64,000 nucleotides of DNA. Origin: an uncultured Acidimicrobiales bacterium. GTDB taxonomy: Bacteria > Actinomycetota > Acidimicrobiia > Acidimicrobiales > CAVXTF01. Below are positions 18,341 through 29,342 of this stretch, piece after piece (positions within the stretch are counted from its first letter, which is position 1; every line of letters begins with the position of its first letter). The DNA is taken from contig CAVOZT010000005.1 of the NCBI GenBank assembly GCA_963701375.1, positions 277,744-341,743 on the forward strand, in the 5' to 3' direction. A model generated the notes under the pieces. The model was not told the DNA's origin, made no database searches, and worked only from the letters and a program-made list of their open reading frames with translations. The position numbers and the translations under genes were made by a program.

Positions 18341-19525
18341 GTGCGCGATTGGCGGTCCGGTTCAGTTCGTGAGCGCCGCCCGGGCGTGTGGGAGATCCGG
18401 ATCACGGTAGCCACCGACCCCGTGAACGGTCGGGCGATCCAGCGCTCCTTCACCTTCCGAGGGGACCGTCCAAGCGCCGTTGTGCAGTGCACCGAGCTGG
18501 CCGCCGATTACTCGTCGCGGCGCGTCGCTGCACAGGGAGCGCCCTTCCTCACCGTGATCGAGGTGCTGGACGGTTGGCTCTCATCTGATCATGACTGGCG
18601 GCCGTCGACTTGGTCGAGTTACCGGTCCAACGTTCGTGCGTTGCAGTCCGATCCCATCGGAGAACTACGAGTGGCGCGTCTTGACCCGGCGATCATGCGG
18701 GCACAGATGGGCGAATGGCGAGCTGCGGGAGCGACGCCGTCGGTGATGTCCGGACGGTTCCGGACCCTGAGGGCGGCTTTGAGCTGGGCCTACGAGAATC
18801 GGATAATCGACCGAAACCCGATCGACGGCATGAAGGGCCCTCCCCGCCCTCAACCCCGCCTTCACGCAACTGGCGTCGAGGTCCTTCGGTTGCTTCGCCA
18901 CGCCGAGCAAGTACTGGAGAAGGTCCAGGTGGGTTCAACCCGATCGGCCGGAGAGCTGAGGCACCTCGAGCGGTCCGAGCAGATGCTGCTTCTTATTCGC
19001 CTGGCCGCTGACAGCGGAGCCCGCAGGGGCGAACTTGCCGCTCTTAAGATCAAGGATCTCGAGGGCCGAGTGCTCCACATCGTCCGAGCGGTGTCGATGG
19101 AGCACGTAGGTCCCACCAAGACTGGGCGCACGCGGCGCCTCACGCTAGGCGCCACGACCGCCTCGCTATGGCATGACCTCGTGGCCACCTGGGAGTCGCG
19201 CCTCACCGACGGCCAAGTCTTGGGTGACTGGCTGTTCGCCGCAGATACCGCCCACCGACAGCGCCTGACCACGTCGCATCTGGCACATCTCTTTAGCCGG
19301 ACGCGAGTCGACGCCCGAGTACCAGGCGTGACGCTTCACCGCTTGCGACACAGCGTCGCCACATTCCTCGTCGAACGAGGTGAAATCCTGAAAGCGCAAC
19401 AACGACTCGGGCACAAGGACCCGTCCACCACGCTTCGGAATTACGCCCATGCAATGCCTCTACAAGACGAAGATATCGCCGACGCGCTCGACGCAGCCCT
19501 CGGCGCGGCCGAAAGTGAATTGTAG
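18341..19525 (+). CDS. Tyrosine integrase (actinobacterial integrative-element type)
   Basis: N-terminal GSVRERRPGVWEIRI...DPVNG; GARRGE, PTKT, HRLRH, LGH and NYAH catalytic motifs. Confidence 0.92.
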   Translation: MRDWRSGSVRERRPGVWEIRITVATDPVNGRAIQRSFTFRGDRPSAVVQCTELAADYSSRRVAAQGAPFLTVIEVLDGWLSSDHDWRPSTWSSYRSNVRALQSDPIGELRVARLDPAIMRAQMGEWRAAGATPSVMSGRFRTLRAALSWAYENRIIDRNPIDGMKGPPRPQPRLHATGVEVLRLLRHAEQVLEKVQVGSTRSAGELRHLERSEQMLLLIRLAADSGARRGELAALKIKDLEGRVLHIVRAVSMEHVGPTKTGRTRRLTLGATTASLWHDLVATWESRLTDGQVLGDWLFAADTAHRQRLTTSHLAHLFSRTRVDARVPGVTLHRLRHSVATFLVERGEILKAQQRLGHKDPSTTLRNYAHAMPLQDEDIADALDAALGAAESEL

Positions 19526-19539
19526 AAATGTGATCGGAT

Positions 19540-19890
19540 AGCGATAGCGGTGAACAGGAAGTCGACCGACTGGCTTTCGCGGAGGCCGAGCTGTTGGCCG
19601 TGCGCGAGGAGAACGTCAGGCTGCGCGGACTCCTCGGACTCGACGAGCGAGTAGCCGGCCGGCCCGTGCAGCCGTGGAGGCCGACATTGTTCGACAGCAT
19701 CGATGCGGCGGCTTCGAACACTCTGAGTGTCAACCAAACACTCCGACGCGAAAGACAAGGTCGCCCTGTTCCGTTCCCTGTTCCGTGGCCGCGACGATGT
19801 CCACACACGCCGGTGGAACAACGAGAGGAACGGCAAATCCGGGTGGAGTCCCGCCGTTCGGCGCGGTTGGGTTAACGCTCGGCAACCTGA
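19540..19890 (+). pseudogene. N-terminal remnant of a TOTE-type primase/DEAD-helicase gene
   Basis: REENVRLRGLL...KVALFRSLFRGRDDVH.RRW...GKSGWSPA, then truncated. Confidence 0.65.
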
Positions 19891-20029
19891 TCGGGGGTGC
19901 TCGATAGGACTTCTACGTCCGGGGTTCGAGTCCTATCTCCTCCCGCCTGAATCGGAACCTCGGGACGAGAAGTTGCCTGGGAACCGCCATCCAGTTCACC
20001 TCCTGCTCGGTGATCAGACGCCAAGACCA

Positions 20030-20160
20030 TCTCTGGGGTACTCCGGAGCATCCAGAAGCAGGAGTACGTCCTCCCAGCCAACAGCGTGAATTCGTATGGG
20101 ATCCGGACAAAGCCGTCGTTCGGCTCTTCGATAGCCTCATGCGAGGGTATCTATCCCATC
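20030..20160 (+). pseudogene. DUF262 (GmrS-like) N-terminal remnant
   Basis: IQKQEYVLPA/QREFVW...VRLFDSLMRGY, frameshifted and truncated. Confidence 0.65.
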
Positions 20161-20275
20161 GGACGGCGGCTGCTTCGCATCTTGAAGGCCCTGGCGTTGC
20201 GCTTCTTCGCCGCTTCGATTATGTGGCCGTAAAGGGTGTCGACTGTGGTCTCGTCGGTGGGAGCGGCTGGTGGAG

Positions 20276-22672
20276 TCAGCCGGTTCGCTGGGCTGATTTG
20301 CGCTCAGCCACCTCGGGCTCCAGGCCGTGTTGGTAGGACGCCTGGTTGAGAAATGCGTCGAGGCGCTCCGTCGGGAGTGGAAAGGAGATGTGATATCCCT
20401 GAGCCACATCAGCTCCAAGTCTCTGGAGCGTGGGCAGTGTCCTTGCAAGCTCAACGCCTTCCACGACGACCACAAGGTCGAGAGCACGAGCAAGCTCCAC
20501 CGCAGAGCTGATGATGGCTTGCGCACGATCATCGGACTCGAGAGCTAACACGAAGGATTTGTCGATTTTCAACTCGTCAATAGGTAGTTCGAGCAATTGC
20601 GACATCGACGAATAGCCGACACCAAAATCGTCAATGGAAATTCGGATTCCGTGTGCCCGTAGTTTCTCGATACTTCGTTTCGACCGTGCTGGATCATCAC
20701 CGAGACAGGACTCGGTAATCTCCAATGTCATTCGATCGTGAGGAACGTTGTGCTGCGCGAGAAGCCGATCTATGTGGGCGGGAAGCGTTTCGTTGAACTA
20801 GGTCGTAACGAGAGATGTTCACGCTCATCCGAAGATGATGGCCAGCCGCTTCGAGCCTGGCGGCTTCGACAACCGCAAGTTCCAGGACGGCGCGAGTGAG
20901 TTGAGGGATCAATCCCACGCGTTCAGCCAAAGGGATGAAATCCGCCGGATACAGCATGCCGCGGGTCGGATGTTCCCAACGAACCAGCGCCTCGACGCCA
21001 GATACTTCGGCTGTATGAATGTTCAGGGTTGGTTGATAGTGCAAAGTGAGAGTGCGCTCGTCGATTGCCGTCCTGAGCTCGTGAATGAGAGCGAGACGTT
21101 GGCGGCTGTTTGGGTCGTCTTCGGCGCTGTACCTACAAACCAAACTCTGAGTGCGCTTGGCTTCGTACATAGCGACATCAGCACAACGAAGCAGTTCGTC
21201 ATGGGTGGCCCCATGTTGAGGGGAAATTGCGACGCCGATACTGGCTCCCACACGTACCGTTATTCCATCAAGAGCGACAGTGGCTGTGAGGCATGTGATG
21301 AGCTCGTGCGCGATAGCAACCAGGTCGTCCTCGGTCCCGACTGTCAAGACGCAGGCAAACTCATCTCCTCCGACGCGAGCAAGCGCACCGAGATCGTTGA
21401 TGTGACTGGCGAAGCGTTTGGCGATCACGCGGAGAAGCTCGTCGCCGGCGTGATGGCCAAGAGAGTCGTTGACTTCCTTGAATCCATCGAGATCGATGAG
21501 AAGGACGCCGACGTTTAAGGGGTCGCTCAAGGATCGGAACCTCGACTCGACAGCTTCCTGGAATGCCCGCCGGTTCGGTAGGCCAGTCAGTTCGTCCGTC
21601 CGGGCGGCAGCGAAAGTTCTCCGCTGCCTGTCTTAGCTCGCGAAATGTAAGTGTCGTCCGGACAATCACAACAACAAGTGCCACCATGGCGAAGGTGGGC
21701 GCAACCGTAGGGACGTGGTAGAACCGCGAGTAGGCGAGAACGGCAACCGACACCAGCCCGAAGAAGATTGGTACGAACTCCACTCCCGTGGGCGACTCGA
21801 TCGGGCCTTTTCGCGACCGTGTGCGGCGATCGTCCGGAATCGCCGCAGCCAGACCCATCAGGAAGATGCCGATGACCCAAGAGGCGTCCAGAGGGGTTCC
21901 TTGCACATACGTGCCCGCCGCCGACTGATCGAGAAAGACGACATCGCCGATCACGAACCACACCACGCCGGCCATCGAGCAGTCCGGTTGTCCAAGTGGG
22001 GCGATACCTCTGGGGAGCGAGACCCGCCACCAACAGAACGAGGAGCACAAGGTCGAAGAGGGGGAATGCCATGCCAGCAGCAACCTGTAACGGCCGACCA
22101 CTGATCTTCAACACAGGGTCGAACCACAACGCAGCCGCAACGGCCGCTACCGTCAGCCCGGTGATGGCGCCGTCGAGTCGTACGCTACTAAAGACTCTTC
22201 CAAACGCCCGCTGAGTCATTATTGCTACGCAGATGATGAATCCGACATACGACAGTAGGAAGGGGATGCTGCTGGATGCCGGATTCGGAATCGGATTCAG
22301 GTTCTGGTCGTGGAAGAGATAGTCCAGGTTGCCGGCCGCGTTCAGAACGATGCCAGCGGCCAGAGCTATCCACGCCAGGCGCAAGGTGGGCTTCCGCCTC
22401 ACCCTGATCATTACCGGGATAACCGGTAGCAGGGAGGCGGTGTTGTACACCCATCCATCCCAGAGAGATGAGTATCCGTCGGCAGGTCGCCTTACCAGGA
22501 ACGTCGAGGCGGTGTAAGCCACGACGAGGGTCGCGGCCATAATTTGCCAGGGGAGCTGACCGGGGTCTAGCCGAGTTCGCCAGTGCGCTCCGGAAGCACG
22601 CTGAGAGAGCCCCTTGATCAATGGCACGACGTCATCGCGGACCTCGGAGTCAGGTCGGATGGCCACGCTCAC
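20276..22672 (-). CDS. Membrane-bound GGDEF-EAL diguanylate cyclase/phosphodiesterase (about 4 frameshifts)
   Basis: TM region, DLDGFKEVNDSLGH, RVGGDEF, EALVRW, EITES, DDFGVGYSS and KIDKSF spread over four ORFs; shifts near 21975, 21610, 20795 and 20733. Confidence 0.88.
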
Positions 22673-22731
22673 TAATCGGCGAAGGCAGGCGCTTCCTTAA
22701 GAATGCTCTTTGGAGCGCCGAGAATCAGAGA

Positions 22732-23265
22732 GTGCAGATCAGGGTCGGTGCGGCCACAGCGACAGGTGCCACGGCGTTGGCTGCGTTCGATCGTGCGCTG
22801 CAAAAGGTCGGCGTTCACGACTTGAACCTCATTCCCCTGAGCTCGGTCGTGCCCATTGGGGCATCGGTCGTGCGGGCGACTTGTGACCCGGCAGAGTTCC
22901 GGATGGGGGACCGGTTGTCATGTGTCTTGGCTACAGAGCGCGTGACGGAGCCTGGCAGCGAAGCGTGGGCAGGTCTGGGATGGGCGCTCAGGACCGAGGG
23001 GGGCGGGCTCTTCGTTGAGGCTCATGGCCGCTCAAGGGGCCAAGTCATGTTCGAACTCAACGCTACGTTGGCCCAACTCACCCTTGATCGGACCAACTGC
23101 GAATGGGGCAAGCCAGAGTTCGAGCTGGTGGGCATCGCCTACGAGCACGAGCCGGTGTGTGCGATGGCAATTGCTGTGTTCGAGACAATGCCGTGGCCTT
23201 CGTGCGAAACGGGGAATGGCACGTCCGATGCTGCCGATGCGCCATACGTTCTAAGTGTGCGATGA
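22732..23265 (+). CDS. Pyruvoyl-dependent arginine decarboxylase
   Basis: G.T.LAAFDRAL...GVHDLNLIPLSSVVP (Ser-Ser self-cleavage site), AGLGW, GLFVE. Confidence 0.82.
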   Translation: MQIRVGAATATGATALAAFDRALQKVGVHDLNLIPLSSVVPIGASVVRATCDPAEFRMGDRLSCVLATERVTEPGSEAWAGLGWALRTEGGGLFVEAHGRSRGQVMFELNATLAQLTLDRTNCEWGKPEFELVGIAYEHEPVCAMAIAVFETMPWPSCETGNGTSDAADAPYVLSVR

Positions 23266-23396
23266 GTGCCGGTCAGGCTCGCCGTGGTTGACGGGTTGTT
23301 CTATACCGTTCATTCGCCGCAGCAAGTATCAACTGCATCTCAACGTCGAACAGCCTTACGTTTGCGCTCGGTTGCATAAGTCACCGGGAGAGGTCG

Positions 23397-24360
23397 ATGG
23401 TCGAATCGGACAACTCAGGACTATCAGAACTGCCGACATTCCCGACGCTCGCCAAACTCGATCTTGGGCATTTGAGCGGAATTCGAAAGTTCACATCGCA
23501 ATTCGACGACTATTCTGATTTTAACGCTACCAGCCTCTGGTCTTGGTCTTCGTCAACGCCACAGGGGTACTCCGTTGCGCGGCTGGGTGACAATCTGATA
23601 GTTGAGTTTAGCGATTACCTCTCCGGCGTTAGGTTCATGTCGTTTCTCGGAGTCGACAGCGTGGACGATGTAGCGATGACGTTATCGGATCACGCGCGAT
23701 GCGCCGATCTCCAACGTGGGCTCCATCTCATTCCTGCAGTCACGGCTGGCAGGCTCTCACCAGCTCGATGGCTCATTCAAGACGATCTCGACTCATCTGA
23801 CTACATCTACGACCTTGCCCAAATGAAAGGTCTTCATGGTGCGCCGTACCGATCGGTCCGTAGAAGTCTCCACCGGTTCGAGCGGAGATGGTTGCCCAGC
23901 ACGAAAGTAGAATGGATGGCAGCAGGTGACCTTCCTGGCGTGGTCGACGACGTTCTAGACCTCTTCGATTCATGGCACGGCCGCGGTTCGCAGGGGGCGG
24001 TATCCAGTGCGCCGGAGAGAACGCGCCCTCGCCCAGTTACTCCGAACGGCGCCAGTCGCGGCTCCGCAACTCTCGGACTGGTCTGCACTGTGCTACGTGG
24101 ACGGTATCCTCACCGGGGCCTGGCTCGTCGAAGCATCCTCATCGTCGTCATTGTGCGCCCATTTTCAGAAGGTCGCCAACTCTGAGGCTGGAAGAGATCT
24201 TGATACGTGGATCAACATCGAACAGGCGAGACGGGGATCTGCGTATGGCTTTCGCGAGTTGAATGCTGAGCAGGATCTCGGTGTCAACAATCTGCGCGAT
24301 GCAAAGCGTCGCCTTCGGCCTGTTCGGATGCTCAAGAAGTACACTGTGACGCCGCGGTGA
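23397..24360 (+). CDS. DUF2156 / LPG-synthase C-terminal-like GNAT-fold protein (frameshift at ~24025)
   Basis: YSDFN..SLWSW, DYIY...L.G, HFQK, NAEQDLG..NLRDAK..LRP..MLKKY. Confidence 0.75.
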
Positions 24361-24609
24361 TTGACCAAAGGATCTATCGACCCTGATCGTCGGCCTAAGG
24401 CTGCGCTCCCGTTTCATAAAAGAATGATCAGTTCGTCGGCGCGATAAGCAAGTGGGGCATGCCTCCGGGGTGCCGTTCGGGGCGCATGCAACTCTCGCGA
24501 GCACTCATGACGTAGAGCGCTCCAACCTTGGTGAAACCCGCTACCTCGACGCAGCGCAGCGGCCTCGGCCAACCAGAGGGTTTGCTCTCCGCCGACGTTC
24601 CTCCGACAG

Positions 24610-24748
24610 GGGGTTCGAACATAGTCCCATCACTTCCGGCGCCGACCTTGAGGCGAGCGGCTTGACACACGAAATTGGCCCCAACTCACGTTTTCAGGTT
24701 GCAGAACCCCAGGTCAACGGGCCAGGAGGGGTTCGAACATAGTCCCAT
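24610..24748. repeat. 21-bp direct repeat
   Basis: GGGGTTCGAACATAGTCCCAT at 24610-24630 and 24728-24748. Confidence 0.8.
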
Positions 24749-24784
24749 TACCTCCAGAACTACATGAGTGTAGTTCGGCTAGAA

Positions 24785-24798
24785 CGAACATTCGTTCG
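24785..24798. promoter_or_regulatory. LexA (SOS) box
   Basis: CGAAC-ATTC-GTTCG perfect core; minus-strand TACACT -10 at 24767-24772. Confidence 0.55.
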
Positions 24799-24819
24799 CG
24801 TTTCTCGGCCGAGGAGCCG

Positions 24820-25749
24820 TCATGAAATGAAGCGGTGGATGGCCTCGTTGGCGTGGTCCTGAAACGACGCGTTGGCGAAGTCGGGCAAGATCTCCGCCTG
24901 GTCGACCATGGGACCCTTCAACTTCCCGGCCGCGCTCGCGTAGAACACGCCACTCGAAAGCTTCGCGTCGGTGACACCGTTGACGAGTCGCTTCGAGCCC
25001 ACTTCAAGTTCGTGGGAAATACCGAGGTGGGGCATGATGTGTTTGGCCGCAAAGCGTAGCGGTGGCGCCGCGCCGGCGGCGGCTTCGGTGCCCGTGGTGT
25101 TGCCGGGGCTCACAGTGATAAAGCGGAGGTCGGTGTATTGGCGCGCCAGGTGGGCCATCCATAAGGCCCCGATGTACTTGACCTGACCGAAGGCGAGGTT
25201 CCGATCATATTTTCTGTCAGCGAAGTAGCTGCCGTCGATGACGGTAGTGAGTTCATCGGTAGAGGTTGAAACAAAGGTTGGCCGTTTGAAGCCCAACTTC
25301 GGAATTCCCCTGGCTGCTTCGCTTGCGGCGAACACCGCTACCTCGCCAAGTCGGTTCTGGGTCAGGAGCCCTTCGAGTAGAACGGCGTGACCGAGAACGT
25401 TCGTTGCGAACAGTTTGGTGACCCCGTCAGCGGTCAATTCCATCAAGGTCTCGTTGCCGATTACACCAGCGTTCATGACCAGCGCGTCGAGGGATCCGTT
25501 GATGGCCGCTAGGCCAGCGCGGACCGAACCAAGATCGGCGACGTCCATGAGAATGATGTCGAAGATGTGTCGGCCGGTGACGGCTTCGAGATCGACCTTT
25601 GCTGTTGACGCTCGATCTTGGTTCCGACACGCCAGATAGATGCGGCCGATCTCAGGACGTAACGCCAGTTGCCGGGCCACATCCTTGCCGATGCCGACGT
25701 TGGCGCCCGTGATGAGCACCGTCTTTCCGGAGGGTGCGCTCACGCTCAT
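24820..25749 (-). CDS. SDR family NAD(P)-dependent oxidoreductase
   Basis: TGANVGIG Rossmann motif, MNAG, N..GH. Confidence 0.9.
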   Translation of the reverse strand: MSVSAPSGKTVLITGANVGIGKDVARQLALRPEIGRIYLACRNQDRASTAKVDLEAVTGRHIFDIILMDVADLGSVRAGLAAINGSLDALVMNAGVIGNETLMELTADGVTKLFATNVLGHAVLLEGLLTQNRLGEVAVFAASEAARGIPKLGFKRPTFVSTSTDELTTVIDGSYFADRKYDRNLAFGQVKYIGALWMAHLARQYTDLRFITVSPGNTTGTEAAAGAAPPLRFAAKHIMPHLGISHELEVGSKRLVNGVTDAKLSSGVFYASAAGKLKGPMVDQAEILPDFANASFQDHANEAIHRFIS

Positions 25750-26060
25750 TCCCTCTCAGCTTCTGTGGGCGTAGGGAGGCCGTCGAGCAAGCTGAAACGG
25801 ACATCCATCGCAATACCTCGGACTTCGATCAGCTGCTGATACTCAGGCGAGTTGTACCACCGGAGGGCCGTCTCATGGTCCGGAAACTGCACGATGACCC
25901 CTGACGAGAGCATGGGATCGCCATCGAGGATCTCCCAGTTACTGTTGGCGAGAATCTCGGCTCCGTACTCTTTTGCGGTCTTTCCAGCGTTGCCGGCGTA
26001 TTTCTCACGATAAACATCCGAGTCCTTAACTGTGAATTCGACAATTATGTATGCACTCAT
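25746..26060 (-). CDS. DUF1330 family protein
   Basis: MSAYIIV...VIVQFPD...A..WYNSPEYQ. Confidence 0.85.
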   Translation of the reverse strand: MSAYIIVEFTVKDSDVYREKYAGNAGKTAKEYGAEILANSNWEILDGDPMLSSGVIVQFPDHETALRWYNSPEYQQLIEVRGIAMDVRFSLLDGLPTPTEAERE

Positions 26061-26143
26061 GTTGATACTCCTCAGTTGTTCGTTCTGATCTGCGTTCTTA
26101 GGTCTTCGCTCTTAAACGTCACGTTTGATCCTCTCGCTAAAAA

Positions 26144-26192
26144 TGGGTGGCGCAACCCACTATGACGGTTCGGGACTGGGTTGTCAAACTCA
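26144..26192. promoter_or_regulatory. Paired TetR operator palindromes
   Basis: TGGGT-N6-ACCCA (26144-26159) and TGGGT-N6-ACTCA (26177-26192) between divergent genes. Confidence 0.55.
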
Positions 26193-26214
26193 AAATCCCT
26201 GGTAACATCGGAGC

Positions 26215-26820
26215 ATGGTCAACGAGACGAGTGACCGGCCGAGGCTCACGCCCAAGGGAGAACGCACCCGGGCACGAATAGTGGAGGAGGCTGCCGCCCT
26301 GATCCATGAGCGCGGGGTGGCGGCCACCACCTTGGAAGACGTCAAGGTGGCGGCGGAAGTCAGCGGCTCTCAGATGTACCACTACTTCCCCGACAAGAAC
26401 GATCTCGTGCAGGCGGTCATCGACTACCAGGCCGAGACCATCGTCAATCGCCAGCGGCACGCGCTCAGCAGAGCCAACGGCGTCGAAGCCTGGCGGAACA
26501 TGGTGATCACCGCAGCGAAGCGCTCCAAAGCAAAGGGGGGCTGCCAACTTGGCTCGCTCGTTAGTCAACTCGCCGAGAGTGACCCCGAGGCCCGAGCGCT
26601 CATCGCGGCAGGGTTCGATCAGTGGGCAGCCGCTATCGGCGATGGACTCAGATCCCTTCATGCCGACGGCAAACTCCGGTCCGACATCGATCTGGACGAC
26701 CTCGCCACTACTCTGCTCGCCGCGCTCGAAGGAGGGCTCCTACTCGGTCAGGTGCTTCGGAGTTCCCGCCCGATCGAAACTGCGGTCAATACCCTCCTCG
26801 CCCTTGCCATCGGCAGATGA
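26215..26820 (+). CDS. TetR/AcrR family regulator
   Basis: TRARIVEEAA...TTLEDV...SQMYHYFPDK HTH; GGCQLG. Confidence 0.92.
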   Translation: MVNETSDRPRLTPKGERTRARIVEEAAALIHERGVAATTLEDVKVAAEVSGSQMYHYFPDKNDLVQAVIDYQAETIVNRQRHALSRANGVEAWRNMVITAAKRSKAKGGCQLGSLVSQLAESDPEARALIAAGFDQWAAAIGDGLRSLHADGKLRSDIDLDDLATTLLAALEGGLLLGQVLRSSRPIETAVNTLLALAIGR

Positions 26821-26936
26821 GCCCACGCCGGGTGATGGATTGTTGACGCTCTTTGGTGCGGTTGCGGGCGCCGATAGCCGACCGTTTGCTCAGATGAGTT
26901 TTGCCGCCAACGCAGGGACTGTTGGCCTATCCAACC

Positions 26937-27220
26937 TCAGCCACTTGGGCGAGGCCCAAGAGGCCGGTCCGTCAGCCCGTGCCGTGACAGGATCTCGCTT
27001 ACCGTTCCTCGATGGAGTTGGTAGGCGCTCGCCAGGTGACGGACGGTGTCACCTGCCAAATAAGCATCCACCAGTGCTGCCTGATCCTCCCGGCTGAGGT
27101 GAACCTGTCGCTGCCTAGGAGTGGGCAGGCGGGGCCCGGCTGCCAGCCAAGATGCGCCCTGAGCAGCGACAACGCCGTGAAGCCGTTCGAGATCCTGCCT
27201 TATGTCAGGATACGATAGAG
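26937..27220 (-). CDS. Small HTH protein typical of actinobacterial mobile-element ends (possibly a remnant)
   Basis: LVDAYLAGDTVRHLASAYQLHRGTVSEIL. Confidence 0.5.
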
Positions 27221-27397
27221 GGTTCAAGAAACGTTGAATCTCCTCCACAATTTTGATGGGCAATCGGCCTCTCTAGAACCCGGCTCCGACCGGAAGAGGG
27301 AGCGCTGGTCGGATTTGGTCGCTCTATAGCTCCTCGATGTTTGCCAACTCGATTATCGCTGTCTGGCTCAGAACCATTTCAATAAGGTGGTTGATCT

Positions 27398-28254
27398 CTA
27401 GAGCTGTTTCACCAAGTCTGCGACCACCTCGGCCGCCGGGAAGGCTCGCGACAACCTCGCCCACTCCCGCGTCCTGCATACATCGCCATGTCGGCCGCAT
27501 CTCTCTTGAGTCCACGGTATGGAGGCACCGACGCAGTCCAGCCGCTTTTCTGGGCACGCTCGATCACATCCCGGAGAACTCGGTGAGGAGCGTTAGACCA
27601 CCCGCCCTCGTCGTCGAACCATTCTGTGATCACGGTGTCATCGGCACTCGCGTGGAGTAGAGCCGCAACGTAGGCGGGGTGGGCTCCGGACTCTGGTGAG
27701 GTGACAAATCGGGTCCCGACACGGACCGCGTCGGCGCCGCTTGCCATCACGTCGGCGAAGCGTCGCGCCGTCGTCACGCCACCCGCAGCAACCACCGGGA
27801 CGTTAACCGCCTCGAGCACTCGTGGCAGAAGAGTGTCGAGTGAGTCGTGGCCGCGAACGTGGCCTCCCGCCTCGATGCCTTGCGCGACGACGTAGTCACA
27901 GCCGGCCTCGATTGCAGCCAAAGCCTCTTCGACCGAACCTACTTGCCACCCTGTGATCGCACCTGCACGGCGGGCGGCGTGCACCAGGCCGGCATCTGGA
28001 TCGCCATAGAAGAACTCGATCACCCGGGCGGATCGCACCATTTCCTCGACCTCGTCGGGCTCGGGACCGAATGGCGTGTAAAGGAAATTGACTCCGCACG
28101 CTCCCGGTACTGCGTCGGAGCCAGGCACCATCCCGAGTCCACCAGCATCCACGACCGCCTGCGCCAGTTGAGCGGTGCCGACGCCACCCATGGCGGCCAG
28201 CTGCAGGGGTAAGCGACAGCCGACGAGATCGGTCAATCGGGAACTGACTTTCAT
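27398..28254 (-). CDS. Nitronate monooxygenase family flavoprotein (frameshift near the 3' end)
   Basis: LAAMGG, QGIEAGGH, AAGG, VRVGTRF..SPES..H, MYAG. Confidence 0.88.
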
Positions 28255-28559
28255 GCCCGGTGCATCATATGCGGCGCACGTCAAGCGAAGCTTTCGAGCC
28301 AAAGCGGATGGGCTTGTACTGCGAGGAGTCGAAGATGGCCAAATTTGTACTTATGTTTTCACGGTGTTGACACCCCGAAGAACCGTCTCAGGGCTGTGAT
28401 GGACCGCTGGATGGCCTGGTTCAGTGATCTCGGCAGTGCCGTCAACCATCCGAAAGCCGCCGTTTCACGCCCGGTCCCGACAAGGAACGCTAAATCGGGT
28501 GGGCATCAAGTGCGTAGATCCGCACCTTCCGGCATCCCCGATAACGGGTTTCATCGGTC

Positions 28560-29040
28560 GTCAGACCAGTGCCGCCTTGCATCTTCTCGCGAAGCGCACC
28601 GACCTCGTCGGGCTGAACGAGTGCGCTCACCAGGTCGCCGGATTCGACCATCGTATCCCCGTCGCTCGATGGTAACGACGATCGTCCCGGCAGGCAGGCG
28701 GCGTCGCGTATTGCCAGGCCAGCCGCCTCTGCTCCCGCGTCCATGTGTAGGCTCTAGCGGCACGGCATTTCCGGCCGGCTTGAACAAACGCTCGGCGTTC
28801 AACGCCAAAGCTCGGCGGTAACCGATGACCAGTCGGCTCGTCGTGAAGATCCGTACGACGTGATCGGCCGAGTCGGTCACGGCGACCCACGACATCAAGA
28901 GCAGCACTGGGCTGCACGGCCGGCGCCGTGACTTCCGCGATGCGACCTAGTGCCATGTCCGGCTTGAGGATGGCCGCATTCTCCACCGCCGTGAGCGTCG
29001 CCGCACCGAGAAACACCCACCAGCCTCTACGACAGGGCGC
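28560..29040 (-). pseudogene. Decayed CBS/TrkA-C C-terminus (chloride-channel-like)
   Basis: Fragments in several frames: WVAVTDSADHVV, LPAGTIVVTIER, GDTMVESGDLVSAL. Confidence 0.45.
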
Positions 29041-29342
29041 CCGGGATCCCTGCTCCACGGAGTCTGGTGATCGGCACGACATTCCGGAAAGGTTCGGTTC
29101 GACTGTTTGAGTTATCATGTCCCCCCAGGTGCGCCGGGAAGTCGGGTCGGCAACCATTTGTCGACCCACGGAGTATCAATGCCCGACATTCCGTATTGCA
29201 CCACAGCGATTACTTCGCGTGAACCCGTTGATCTCCTATCAGGCTCCGACGATGCCGACGGCTCTCCTTTCTTTCCCCATGCCTCGTCGGCTCAACGAGC
29301 GCAATGGCAAGAACCTCCGCCTGTGGTGGCCCGGATCGACTG

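Noticed and set aside
20276-22672. Programmed frameshifting or split GGDEF/EAL genes
   Set aside because: No slippery motifs; fits the window-wide indel error pattern.
24610-24748. Mini CRISPR array
   Set aside because: Only two 21-bp repeats with a 97-bp gap and no cas genes.
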